From sequence record PZ445551.1: a stretch of DNA of 64,000 bases. One strand, given 5' to 3'. Made by a program: the position numbers and the translations under genes. The notes under the pieces are model-generated. The model ran no database searches and was not told the origin of the DNA. It was given only the letters and a program-made list of their open reading frames with translations. The stretch is from a phage. Below are positions 45,005 through 54,607 of this stretch, piece after piece. Position 1 is the first letter of the stretch; each line of letters starts with the position of its first letter.

Positions 45005-45024
45005 GGGGCTTTCGCCCCTTTTTA
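45005..45024 (-). terminator. bidirectional rho-independent terminator
   Basis: GGGGC-tttc-GCCCC flanked by A-run and T-run. Confidence 0.6.
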
Positions 45025-45987
45025 TTAAATTCCAATAACAGTGTTTACACGCTTCTCTTTGCTACGCAAATTAACACGTCCACGAGACAGGCTATTACAT
45101 GATGTGCATCTTAGCACTTGGAATGTACTAACCGCTGTTGTGTAAACCTTACCAGGAACAACTTCAAGGTGCTCTTTACCGCAACGAGGACAACGAAGTT
45201 TTTCATCGTCATAGAATGCAGATACGTTAGGATGTTGTGGAATCCATGCACGAAGTTTGATGTAAAGATCTCTAAGAGAAACAACATCACCATCATTGTA
45301 TGTTTGCATACGGAAGAAGGCATGTCTATCTCCTTCACAACATGCTTTCCACAAAGGAAAACCTTCATTATCAAGTTTAAAGTTTTCTGTATCAAAATAC
45401 AAACACATTTCTTTAAGCGCATTAGAAGGTAGTGCAAACTGCTTCTTAGCTGCCTTGAGTGTATCAATTACAACATAATGTGATGGTGGCTCCATACCGT
45501 GAAAAGCAAAACGTTGGTTAATATAAGCCTTATCAAACTTAATACCATTGTGCGCGATCACAATATCTGCATCGTCAAGTAAGTGCCAGAGATCTTGACA
45601 TAATTCCCAATCATCTGTATGATCTATGTCAAACAAAGGGTAATTGCTAAGGTTCTTACCTTCTACTTCCCCTGTTTCTAAATCAGCAGATGAATAGGAA
45701 AGCAAGTAACCTCGACGAATAACTTGTTCAGGTGCAATAAAGGCTTTGAAACGTGAGAAGCTATACACAATCTCCGGTGCTGTCTCTACGTCAATAATTT
45801 TAATTACTGGCCCACCTTTATCTTGCGGAGCACCGCGATGTGGTGAATTTACACGAGCTAAGTAATCATTTACTGTGCTCTTCTTAGTAGAACTTCCCAA
45901 CACCTCTTGTGCAATCTTACGCGAAGAATAACCTTGTGCTTTCATAGATACAATCAAGGCTTTCTGTTCGTCTGTTAATTTACTCAA
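45025..45987 (-). CDS. DnaQ-like 3'-5' exonuclease with N-terminal HTH and C-terminal zinc ribbon
   Basis: IIDVETA and AHNGIKFD exonuclease motifs; CPRCG...CTSCN. Confidence 0.6.
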   Translation of the reverse strand: MSKLTDEQKALIVSMKAQGYSSRKIAQEVLGSSTKKSTVNDYLARVNSPHRGAPQDKGGPVIKIIDVETAPEIVYSFSRFKAFIAPEQVIRRGYLLSYSSADLETGEVEGKNLSNYPLFDIDHTDDWELCQDLWHLLDDADIVIAHNGIKFDKAYINQRFAFHGMEPPSHYVVIDTLKAAKKQFALPSNALKEMCLYFDTENFKLDNEGFPLWKACCEGDRHAFFRMQTYNDGDVVSLRDLYIKLRAWIPQHPNVSAFYDDEKLRCPRCGKEHLEVVPGKVYTTAVSTFQVLRCTSCNSLSRGRVNLRSKEKRVNTVIGI

Positions 45988-47018
45988 TGTTCCTCCTGCT
46001 CTGAAATATATGCTTGTAGCATACTTTCAAAAGTTGTTTCATCATTCGCCCAACGTTTCATATATACCAACTGAAAAATTGTCTCTATCCATTCATCAGT
46101 TGTCATTTCTACTTCTTCACCATCCCAAGAAGTAAATTTAACGCCATCTGGGAACCATTCATAATACTGATCTTTAACTGTCTGAAAAAGTTCAGCCTGT
46201 GTTTTACATTTGGAAATAAGATTAAAGCAAGTAATATCTCCAAACTTAACATCGAAATCTTGGTAAGGTCGAATACTATCTGTCTTATCGCCCATTAGCA
46301 TTTGATAAGCTAACCAGTAACTACCCCAACCCTTAATTTCTTTTTTCTTACCTTTTTCTACGATCCAGATATCACCGATAGATTCATCAATCAGAATAAT
46401 ACAAGGATTTTTATAAACACCATCCTCTTTATAAAAGTTAAAGAGTAAACTTGGTGTGTGCAAGCTATCTTTGTCGATAGATGCTACAATATGAGAAAAC
46501 TTACCAGTTTCCTTGTAGGCTTTATACCCTGCATATCCATAGATTTCTAAAGCATCATCTGCCTCAATACCAGTAACAACGTCACCGTTATGTTTTTCAA
46601 CTAGATAATCTTTAGTATCTGATAAATGGATTGGTCTTAAATCTGATCGTTCTGATTTATATTCTTTTGGCATTTTGAAAGAATGCCGGAAGGTTTTTCC
46701 TACCCCAATGACACCGCAATACTTTTGAAGTTTTAGGTGATCCATCATCTGGGTTATTTTTGTCTTTGCAGCTTGAAACGTAAAAGAAATATTATCTGGG
46801 ACTATTTGAACATCTTTTATTTCAAAATCTTCTCTAGAGAACAACTTCTTACCAGCAGCTTCGCGTTGCGCGTTAAGTGCTCCTAACCATCCTCCAATAT
46901 TTTTTGAAGATTTACCCCAAAAATCTGTTCTTGTTTCAAACTCTTTTACATTACCGGAAGCCTTGTGTACAGCGTGGATTTTTCTTTGTTCTAAAGCTGA
47001 AGACGCTTGGAACGCCAC
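45984..47018 (-). CDS. FEN-family 5'-3' exonuclease / RNase H-like
   Basis: GIEADDAL, SIDKDSLH, LMGDKTDSI motifs; divergent N-terminus. Confidence 0.55.
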   Translation of the reverse strand: MAFQASSALEQRKIHAVHKASGNVKEFETRTDFWGKSSKNIGGWLGALNAQREAAGKKLFSREDFEIKDVQIVPDNISFTFQAAKTKITQMMDHLKLQKYCGVIGVGKTFRHSFKMPKEYKSERSDLRPIHLSDTKDYLVEKHNGDVVTGIEADDALEIYGYAGYKAYKETGKFSHIVASIDKDSLHTPSLLFNFYKEDGVYKNPCIILIDESIGDIWIVEKGKKKEIKGWGSYWLAYQMLMGDKTDSIRPYQDFDVKFGDITCFNLISKCKTQAELFQTVKDQYYEWFPDGVKFTSWDGEEVEMTTDEWIETIFQLVYMKRWANDETTFESMLQAYISEQEEH

Positions 47019-47110
47019 TTGATCGTAGTCTATTGCAAGAATTGTGTTCTCGTCAACATATTTGTGCAGGTCTTCCGGTTGGATTAAAATGTAACCGCTA
47101 ATATTACCTC

Positions 47111-47323
47111 CTATTCATCATCTGAACTCTCTGTTGAGAATGTTCGTGTATAGGGACACTGACGACTTGCAGAAACCTCTATAACCTTGTCGTACATACC
47201 GTTAGAGTAAAAACAGTATTTTGTACTTCCAGAAACTTGTTCTCCAGAATTAATTAAAGTTATTTGACCAGCATAAGAATAAGAACTGATTACTAAAAGT
47301 AAACCGACAAGAAGTTTTTTCAT
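47111..47323 (-). CDS. small secreted protein with signal peptide (70 aa)
   Basis: MKKLLVGLLLVISSYSYA signal-peptide-like N-terminus. Confidence 0.5.
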   Translation of the reverse strand: MKKLLVGLLLVISSYSYAGQITLINSGEQVSGSTKYCFYSNGMYDKVIEVSASRQCPYTRTFSTESSDDE

Positions 47324-47397
47324 GGTGTGTCTCCTTAAAAGCCCACCTAACTAAGTAGGTAGGCATATTAACACATATTAAATTAGTAAGTCAAGTA

Positions 47398-48282
47398 TTA
47401 TTTTTGAATAGTTGACTTAATAAGGTCTTGCATAATACCACGGATTTCATTAAAGCACAGAAGAACAGATGCTTCAAAAGATCCTTCTTCATCGTTAAAG
47501 TATTTAGGGAATTTAATACCACTCAACTTAAATTCTTTATCAACAATAAAGTTAACGAAACCGTCATATTCCAGGCCAATGGCAACAACGTGCTTACCAT
47601 CTTCCATAAGTTCTACTGCACGAGATTCATAAAGGGATTCTTTACTCCATACAACCACACCTTCCGAATCTTCAAGTTTAATATAATTACCAAGGGTCAG
47701 TCGTTCAGCCTCATGTTCTTCTAAGATGGTGTCAAAACCTTTAATAATGGCTTCTTCGTGTACACTAAACGGCAGAACTGGGAAAGTACCCAACACCTCA
47801 CGAAGAAACACAGCAATATCTTCACTAATTTTCTTAGAACCATTAAGAACGTAGGTAATACTGTTTTCAGTGTCTACAACAACATAGTTATAGAAATCAT
47901 CTGCCTCTGTTTCTGGGAGCAGAGAAAACACGATATCAGCCTCAATTGCTTTTTTACTTTCTTTGTCCAGGAAGAATTCTTTAGTAGGGTTTGCAGCAAT
48001 AAACTCTTGTTCCATCTCCTGGAGTTTTTCATTAAGAATGCGTTTAACTTTTTTCTTGTTAACTTTCTTAACAGATTGCCCTACTTTAATAACCTCTAAA
48101 CCAGAGAACACTTTTACATAGGAGCCATCATCTTCAAAACGAACAAGACCAATGGTATGTGCTTGTTGCCCCTGTGCCACAACAAAATCCAGCGGTTTGT
48201 CTGTTACTGTGTTCAGTGCTGAAATAGACAGACCATCACCAGAAATCAGGGTTACGCAAGATTTGAAATTTTTAGCAAACAT
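47398..48282 (-). CDS. hypothetical protein (294 aa)
   Basis: track ORF. Confidence 0.55.
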   Translation of the reverse strand: MFAKNFKSCVTLISGDGLSISALNTVTDKPLDFVVAQGQQAHTIGLVRFEDDGSYVKVFSGLEVIKVGQSVKKVNKKKVKRILNEKLQEMEQEFIAANPTKEFFLDKESKKAIEADIVFSLLPETEADDFYNYVVVDTENSITYVLNGSKKISEDIAVFLREVLGTFPVLPFSVHEEAIIKGFDTILEEHEAERLTLGNYIKLEDSEGVVVWSKESLYESRAVELMEDGKHVVAIGLEYDGFVNFIVDKEFKLSGIKFPKYFNDEEGSFEASVLLCFNEIRGIMQDLIKSTIQK

Positions 48283-48292
48283 AGTTTTCTCC

Positions 48293-48571
48293 TCAAATAA
48301 TAACTACAAAATATTTTACACCATCATATTCGACAATATGATCAGGATATTTAAATCCTTTATAAGATTTACCAAACAGACTAACAGCTTCATTAGCTTT
48401 GTTTTGCGGATTACTCAACCACTGTTCTTCTGTGTAAAACTTAAACTCTGTTCTCTTACCTTCTTTTTCTAAACCAACAATTTCCTGTGTGATATCTTCA
48501 ATACCTGCATTCTTCAAGGATTTGATTACCTGACGCAAACCGTGTTTAAAGATATCTTCTGCTGTTAACAT
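48293..48571 (-). CDS. hypothetical protein (92 aa)
   Basis: track ORF. Confidence 0.5.
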   Translation of the reverse strand: MLTAEDIFKHGLRQVIKSLKNAGIEDITQEIVGLEKEGKRTEFKFYTEEQWLSNPQNKANEAVSLFGKSYKGFKYPDHIVEYDGVKYFVVII

Positions 48572-48607
48572 AATACCTCCAATAAGCCCCCGAAGGGGCT
48601 TTATTTC

Positions 48608-49330
48608 TTAAGCAATGATTGCTGCGATATTAGGTTTAACAAAGGTAGATGGTTTCATAATTTTACCTTTGTCATCAAAGAATACGTACACCTTTTGAAC
48701 TTCGTTATATACAGCATGTACCCCAGTATAAGAACCTTCTGCACGATCTTTGCTTCGCATCTCGATAGCATCGCATTCTTTTTCAAGAGCTTCAATAATA
48801 TCCTTAGTTTCCCAAATAGCCAGGATTTGCTTCTTGGTAGGATACTTGGACTCATTGCTATTCAACACTTCACGCATAACCTTCTTCTCGTTATAGACAG
48901 AACGTACCAAAGTATCTCGTGCCATACGTGTAAGTGTAAGAGACATTAGGGCAAATTGCAAGTCATTTTCTACCATTTTATCAAATTCAATGATAACATC
49001 GTAAATGTTTTCTGCCAGAACATCCCCTGTCGGCATTTCCAGAGCTTTATCAACACCTTCTTTACCAAAGAACATAAATGCCAGGTAGGAGGCTACCACA
49101 AAAATATCTGCTGCTGCATCAAGTAATTCAACGTGATCATTTTCCTGTGCTGCTGCTTGGAACTCTTTAAGTTCTTCTCGTACAAAAGAAAGTTGAGCTT
49201 CAAACATCTCTTGAGTAAATTCTGGAGTTACTCCACCACGTGCCTTAGCATTCCAAGCAACAATTTGATCGGCAGCTTTGATAAAGAAGCTATTGTCCAC
49301 TTTTACTTGTTTGAAAAAATTCTCGATCAT
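48608..49330 (-). CDS. MazG-like nucleoside triphosphate pyrophosphohydrolase
   Basis: EExxE...ELLDAAADIFVV metal-binding region. Confidence 0.55.
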   Translation of the reverse strand: MIENFFKQVKVDNSFFIKAADQIVAWNAKARGGVTPEFTQEMFEAQLSFVREELKEFQAAAQENDHVELLDAAADIFVVASYLAFMFFGKEGVDKALEMPTGDVLAENIYDVIIEFDKMVENDLQFALMSLTLTRMARDTLVRSVYNEKKVMREVLNSNESKYPTKKQILAIWETKDIIEALEKECDAIEMRSKDRAEGSYTGVHAVYNEVQKVYVFFDDKGKIMKPSTFVKPNIAAIIA

Positions 49331-49339
49331 TGTTTCTCC

Positions 49340-49546
49340 TTATTTAAAATATTGTTCTAACAAAACACTAATGCGAACTACAGATTCGCCCATATACGCC
49401 CCAGCACAGAGGAAAACAACAAATCTACAAAAATTGCAGTACCATTTGTCCACTGGAAACGACGCTAACATTATAATTGCAATAGCAATTAACATCATAA
49501 GAACTGTTACTAATACCATATTACCTCTTACTCTGCTGGTTCCCAA
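49340..49546 (-). CDS. small membrane protein (68 aa)
   Basis: track ORF; hydrophobic. Confidence 0.45.
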   Translation of the reverse strand: MGTSRVRGNMVLVTVLMMLIAIAIIMLASFPVDKWYCNFCRFVVFLCAGAYMGESVVRISVLLEQYFK

Positions 49547-50643
49547 GTACCTGGAATCATCTTACGTACACGTACCCCAACAGGCTTGGTAGGAATACCT
49601 TCATCTGAAAATTCTTCGTACTCAATTTCAACAAATTGACCAATAAGTGTCAAAGCATTTTCTTCTTTACGATAGTTAATGGTTTCATCTGAATCCTTAC
49701 GCATCAGGAATTCGACTACTTTACCATTTTCCATCTCGCCTGTCAATACCCCGTCACCATTTTTATCACGCTTTGCACTTACCACTTTAACTTCAAGCGT
49801 CTGCCGTGGTTTACGTTTAATAACATCATAAGAACGTTTATCAAACTCGTAAACACCTTGTGCATTACGATACACAACACCTTCCGCTTTCTCACGCAGA
49901 GCTTTTGCATAGAATTCATCAAACTGCTCTTGGTTTTCAATGTACTCTGTATGTACTACACAAATAAGTTCATCTAAACCTTTATCTTCAACAACGTCTT
50001 TTAGAGCAGCCAAAACTTCAACCCTCTTCTCAAATGGTACAGATGGCACAGGAACATCATATACATAGTATTTAAGAAGCGGAGTGTTAGCATTATGCTT
50101 TTTCCACGCACTATTAATTTGTTGAAGGCTAAGGACACCCAAACCAGCAAAAACTTCACCGTCAAGAGGATGACCAACTACTTCTTTAATGAAGGTTGGA
50201 ATTTCTTTCCAGTGAGGTGGAAGTTTATATACTTCCCCAGCTTTAGATAAACATTCACCTTGCATGTTAATCATTGAACGTAGACCATTCAATTTATATT
50301 GTGCATAACCTGGGAACAAAACACGATCAGCATAATCTTTATAATCCTGACATTTCATGGGTGTGGAAGGAACATGGTTTTCAGCTTCCTCTTTTGTTTT
50401 ATAATACCCATTCTTAAGTTGTTTTGTCCATTTGGCAAGAGCTTCTATTTCAGCTTGTTCTTCTGCTGTTGTTTCATTTGAGCGACCAATATTTTTAGGT
50501 TCTGCTGTATAAGATTTGCTAGTGATCTTTCCACCTAATTGACCATGAGCAACAGTTACAACACTACCTTCGGTATAGACTGACCACTGTTTAATTTTAC
50601 CTGTAGAAGTTTTACCATACAATGTAGGATTAGTTTGTTTCAT
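49528..50643 (-). CDS. ATP-dependent polynucleotide ligase-like nucleotidyltransferase (DNA ligase candidate)
   Basis: track ORF trimmed to MKQTNP after RBS ggagg; motif I KLNGLR, LDGEVF, EGVVYR, KRKP. Confidence 0.55.
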   Translation of the reverse strand: MKQTNPTLYGKTSTGKIKQWSVYTEGSVVTVAHGQLGGKITSKSYTAEPKNIGRSNETTAEEQAEIEALAKWTKQLKNGYYKTKEEAENHVPSTPMKCQDYKDYADRVLFPGYAQYKLNGLRSMINMQGECLSKAGEVYKLPPHWKEIPTFIKEVVGHPLDGEVFAGLGVLSLQQINSAWKKHNANTPLLKYYVYDVPVPSVPFEKRVEVLAALKDVVEDKGLDELICVVHTEYIENQEQFDEFYAKALREKAEGVVYRNAQGVYEFDKRSYDVIKRKPRQTLEVKVVSAKRDKNGDGVLTGEMENGKVVEFLMRKDSDETINYRKEENALTLIGQFVEIEYEEFSDEGIPTKPVGVRVRKMIPGTWEPAE

Positions 50644-50833
50644 CTTTAACCTCCAGTTGCGAAAGAACCCATTTAGCCATTTCAATTTCACCGTGTAGTC
50701 TGCCTAGTTCATAGGCATCATCAATATTACCACCAGTGTAATCATCCACCATAAAGTAAGGATCTTCACTACTGTTAGGCGCGTTTGCAATTCTCGTTAG
50801 TTCTTCAATAAATGTCATAGTTAACCTTACCAA
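50630..50833 (-). CDS. hypothetical protein (67 aa)
   Basis: track ORF. Confidence 0.45.
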   Translation of the reverse strand: MVRLTMTFIEELTRIANAPNSSEDPYFMVDDYTGGNIDDAYELGRLHGEIEMAKWVLSQLEVKDETN

Positions 50834-51051
50834 TTATACACAAGAGTTTGAATTTCTTCCATCAAGTCTTCAAGATCTGTATCAACATATTCAGAAGATG
50901 TTGCCATAAAGTATGTAATCATTGTGAACCCTTCAGAAGAAAGGGCATCAAGGATATCATTAAACATATCTTCCATTTCAGTATTCTCACCAAATGAAAA
51001 TAACATTTGTTGATCTTCGCTTACACCTTTAACATAGATAGCTGTACTCAT
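50827..51051 (-). CDS. hypothetical acidic protein (74 aa)
   Basis: track ORF. Confidence 0.45.
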   Translation of the reverse strand: MSTAIYVKGVSEDQQMLFSFGENTEMEDMFNDILDALSSEGFTMITYFMATSSEYVDTDLEDLMEEIQTLVYNW

Positions 51052-51054
51052 ATA

Positions 51055-51375
51055 TTAATCCTTAAGACGTTCATTTAAATCTGCAATAACATCACCTAAA
51101 TCTTCACATTCTAGGGTTAACTCTGAAACTTGTCCATTCAAATAACAAACTTCTTCATTTAGATCTGAAATAATGTTTTCTAATGAATCTACTTGGTCAT
51201 CATATGAACGTTTTGTTTCTTCAAGGTCTTCCATAAGACTATCAATCAAATGCAGCAAAGATAAGATATAGCCGTCTCCTGTCTCGTTCCTCCACTCACT
51301 TCCGTAGCGATAAATAATAATTTCACCATTATCGACTACTGTAAAATACTTACCTTCACCAGAATAAATTTCCAT
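51055..51375 (-). CDS. hypothetical coiled-coil protein (106 aa)
   Basis: track ORF. Confidence 0.5.
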   Translation of the reverse strand: MEIYSGEGKYFTVVDNGEIIIYRYGSEWRNETGDGYILSLLHLIDSLMEDLEETKRSYDDQVDSLENIISDLNEEVCYLNGQVSELTLECEDLGDVIADLNERLKD

Positions 51376-51384
51376 ACACTCTCC

Positions 51385-51789
51385 TTATTGTAGCTTAAGT
51401 GAACTGCGAAGACGTTTTTCTTGCTGATCACGAATATGTTTTGGAACCTCATGAATTGAATCGTTACCGTGCCTATTTTCAACTACTAAAGAGATAACTT
51501 GATAACCAAACTCTTCAGCAAGAGTTAAATAAGGTTTAAGTTCTTTCTCTGTGGTTGAAGTGTTAGAGACAATAATCTTTTTAATATTAGATGCCATAGC
51601 ATCACGAACAATACTCTGACACCATGCGTGTGCTTTACCTACATTCTCTGGCTTCCAATCGTAAACACCACTTTCTGTGTAATGATATTGATCTGCCTCA
51701 CAGATAGGCCAATAACCTTCAGAAATAATTTCTGCTACTGTAGATTTACCTGCACCTGAAACACCACGTAAGATGATAAGTTGTTTCAT
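51385..51789 (-). CDS. P-loop polynucleotide kinase-like protein
   Basis: Walker A GVSGAGKST; 134 aa; directly upstream-adjacent to the RNA ligase-like gene. Confidence 0.55.
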   Translation of the reverse strand: MKQLIILRGVSGAGKSTVAEIISEGYWPICEADQYHYTESGVYDWKPENVGKAHAWCQSIVRDAMASNIKKIIVSNTSTTEKELKPYLTLAEEFGYQVISLVVENRHGNDSIHEVPKHIRDQQEKRLRSSLKLQ

Positions 51790-52722
51790 TTAGCCTCCAA
51801 AGAAGTTTTCTATTTCTTTACGTCTCTCTTGTGGATCGAGAGCAGCCCATTGAGCCTTCGTAAATTTATTTCGAAGCCATTCTAGCAAAGTATAATATTC
51901 TTCGTCAACAATTTGTTTAGCATTGTTTGGGTTGTCCCAAATCATATCCCACTTCTTATTGCCACCACGCATAAGGAATTTCTTAGCAAGATAGTATGGT
52001 GACTTAATCTTTAACAGTAAGTTAAACGGGTAGTTTGTTTCACGAACAACAAACCCTTCGTGTTTACAATGTTTAGACATTTCAACAACATCTGAAAATT
52101 TAATCATCGGATAAACTTCAGGACGTTTAAACTTTGTAATAGATGCAATCCCATCAAGAACACCTTCAGGTAACATGAAACTTGTCCCATCAAGATTTTG
52201 AATTCTTGCTCCAATTAAGTATGCGCCTGGTTCTTCTTCGACAATATGTGGATCAGAAGGATCACAGATTTCAAAAAGAAAAGTTGCTTTTGCACTTTCT
52301 GTCCACTTAATGAAATACTCTATGTCGTCACACTCGGAAACAATACGGTTCTTTGCCATAATTGCAAAATCTGATTCTAGACTCCCTGTTGTTGATACAA
52401 CAAGTTTCCCTTTGTACACACCTACAGATGCCATAAAACCGTTTACTTTACGGACAGCATCTACAATTTCGTCTGCTGGAAGATCTGTACCATTTTCAAA
52501 ACGATTAAAGATTTTAGTAAAAGGCCAAATAACAACATTGTCTTCTGAGTCAACAACCAACCCACGACAATCTAAAAGTCGTTTGTCAACGTTCCACAAG
52601 TTATCCCAGAATACATTGTTTTTGTATTTAAGTACAGCAAGACCAGCATACTCTCCAGATTTAACTTCTTTTTTATGCACTAAACCTTTTGCAATCAGGT
52701 CATCACAATTGAACTTAGCCAC
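51790..52722 (-). CDS. RNA ligase-like nucleotidyltransferase (Rnl2-type candidate)
   Basis: motif I KVNGFM, EGFVVRE, KIKSPYY. Confidence 0.55.
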   Translation of the reverse strand: MAKFNCDDLIAKGLVHKKEVKSGEYAGLAVLKYKNNVFWDNLWNVDKRLLDCRGLVVDSEDNVVIWPFTKIFNRFENGTDLPADEIVDAVRKVNGFMASVGVYKGKLVVSTTGSLESDFAIMAKNRIVSECDDIEYFIKWTESAKATFLFEICDPSDPHIVEEEPGAYLIGARIQNLDGTSFMLPEGVLDGIASITKFKRPEVYPMIKFSDVVEMSKHCKHEGFVVRETNYPFNLLLKIKSPYYLAKKFLMRGGNKKWDMIWDNPNNAKQIVDEEYYTLLEWLRNKFTKAQWAALDPQERRKEIENFFGG

Positions 52723-52723
52723 C

Positions 52724-53275
52724 TTAATCTCCTTTGATTATCTTATGATGATCTACAACAATAATATCACGCTTATCCATAATAGAAATGATTTCGTCAA
52801 AATGCAAGATTTTCCCGTGTGCATCCCAACCAACATCCAACATTTTCCCATACAAATGATCAGGGAATGATCCGTGAGAGTGTCCGTGTAGCATGATTGA
52901 TCCATGCCCTTGTTTATTCCAGGCAGCCATAGGGTAATGACTTAAGACGAAGAACAGCTTCTGATATTTCACTTCGTCATAATACACAACTTCTCCATAC
53001 TCTGCAAGCACTTTTCTGTGTTTACTATAATCATGGTTCCCAACACAGTAAGTAATATCCCCTTGGAGACGGGAAGCAATCTTACGGGTATCTTCTTCAG
53101 TCCCGAAACAGAAGTCCCCAAGATGGTACATCTTTACTCCTGGTGTTGTGGCACATTTATTCCATGCTTCGATCAGTGCTTCTGTCATATGCTCCATATC
53201 TTCCCACGGACGATATTCAGGAGCAAACTCTCGGATACGTTTGTGCATAAAATGCAAATCACTTGTAATAAACAT
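52724..53275 (-). CDS. calcineurin-like metallophosphoesterase (candidate 2',3'-phosphatase)
   Basis: SDLHF, HLGDFCFG, VGNHDY motifs. Confidence 0.65.
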   Translation of the reverse strand: MFITSDLHFMHKRIREFAPEYRPWEDMEHMTEALIEAWNKCATTPGVKMYHLGDFCFGTEEDTRKIASRLQGDITYCVGNHDYSKHRKVLAEYGEVVYYDEVKYQKLFFVLSHYPMAAWNKQGHGSIMLHGHSHGSFPDHLYGKMLDVGWDAHGKILHFDEIISIMDKRDIIVVDHHKIIKGD

Positions 53276-53634
53276 TAGTATAATCCCTCGCTGAATAGTT
53301 CACTGTTGTGACCATTTCTTTCGTAGTTAATTTGTTTGGCGTTATCTGCAATGATATAAGCATCTTTGCGACTCCACCAGTTATAATACTGATCAATAAA
53401 CCCTTGATTATCAGGTAAGCAAAACAGTTTATCAATCAATCCTGCATCTTTTAAAACATTAAGTTGTGCAGATAGTACAGGATTTGCATGCCTAACACAA
53501 GGAATAATTAACTCTTCGCCATTATTGAGAATATACTTATTCGCAGCGCAGACTATAACACGTTGAGCATAGTGATCCTCACCAAGCCAAGTAAGAGGTT
53601 GGTAACAAATATCATGTTGATTAGTAGCGCACAT
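53275..53634 (-). CDS. hypothetical protein (119 aa)
   Basis: track ORF (TTG 53637) trimmed to ATG 53634. Confidence 0.5.
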   Translation of the reverse strand: MCATNQHDICYQPLTWLGEDHYAQRVIVCAANKYILNNGEELIIPCVRHANPVLSAQLNVLKDAGLIDKLFCLPDNQGFIDQYYNWWSRKDAYIIADNAKQINYERNGHNSELFSEGLY

Positions 53635-53792
53635 CAATTTTCCCCATACTCTTTTAATCTATCAGCGAAAAAACTGTAATCAGGAAGTAAAAGATCATTA
53701 CTCGTATCGCTACAGTTTTCTTCCTCTTTATAGATAAAATGCCCTTCATCCTCTTCTTGCTCTGACCAAACTGAGTAATGCATAATACCTAC

Positions 53793-54134
53793 TTAATAGT
53801 TAACACGTTTAATTTCAACACCATAGGATGAAATAAAATTTTCCTTAGCTAACATATATTTACCAGCAGCAGAAGGATTTGATGTATGAACATAGATAGT
53901 TTTAAGAGCATCCCATTCACCCGCGTACAACATACATTCTACGTCTAAGAACGCATGATATCCTTCTTGATCTTCTCCAAGATCATTATCGAAGTGTATC
54001 TCTGAGATATTATTGAAATTATCTTCATCTGAAACAAAAGATAACCAATCCTCAAAAGATTTTAACCAAATGGCATCCTCATAACCATAATCTTTAGGAT
54101 CTCTTAAATCGTCTAACCAAAGAATTTTAGCCAC
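53793..54134 (-). CDS. hypothetical acidic protein (113 aa)
   Basis: track ORF. Confidence 0.5.
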   Translation of the reverse strand: MAKILWLDDLRDPKDYGYEDAIWLKSFEDWLSFVSDEDNFNNISEIHFDNDLGEDQEGYHAFLDVECMLYAGEWDALKTIYVHTSNPSAAGKYMLAKENFISSYGVEIKRVNY

Positions 54135-54137
54135 TAT

Positions 54138-54329
54138 CTACCCCCCTTCCTGTTTCTCTTCTTTCCAAGTTTTACCATTATCTACCAACTTCTTAGAAAC
54201 AGCAAATCTTTCTCCATTGATATAAAACAAATAAAGAATAAAGGATTTTCCTATAGTTACAGTATCTGCTACTTCTACACGCTTTACACCTTGCATGTAT
54301 TTGGCTTTACCTGAATAAATAAGAAACAT
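54138..54329 (-). CDS. hypothetical protein (63 aa)
   Basis: track ORF. Confidence 0.45.
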   Translation of the reverse strand: MFLIYSGKAKYMQGVKRVEVADTVTIGKSFILYLFYINGERFAVSKKLVDNGKTWKEEKQEGG

Positions 54330-54607
54330 TACTTATTCCTTTTGTTGTTGATCACATCTAAAGCTGTGTAAGGTTTGTTTGTACCGCTGTATTCAAGAAT
54401 AATTGGTACATATTCATAGACCAACTCAAAAGTGCCATACACAGAATCTGCAACTGAAATAAGCATTTCAGTGCCTTCGTCGTTCTTAATTAATGAAAAT
54501 CTTGCCCCTGGTTTATTGAGCACTTCATATTTCTTACCTGCTGTCAGCAAACCTGAATACCATTCATTTTGCACAACAGACAAACACTTCAGATAAGTTT
54601 TTCTCAT
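54329..54607 (-). CDS. hypothetical protein (92 aa)
   Basis: track ORF. Confidence 0.5.
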   Translation of the reverse strand: MRKTYLKCLSVVQNEWYSGLLTAGKKYEVLNKPGARFSLIKNDEGTEMLISVADSVYGTFELVYEYVPIILEYSGTNKPYTALDVINNKRNK

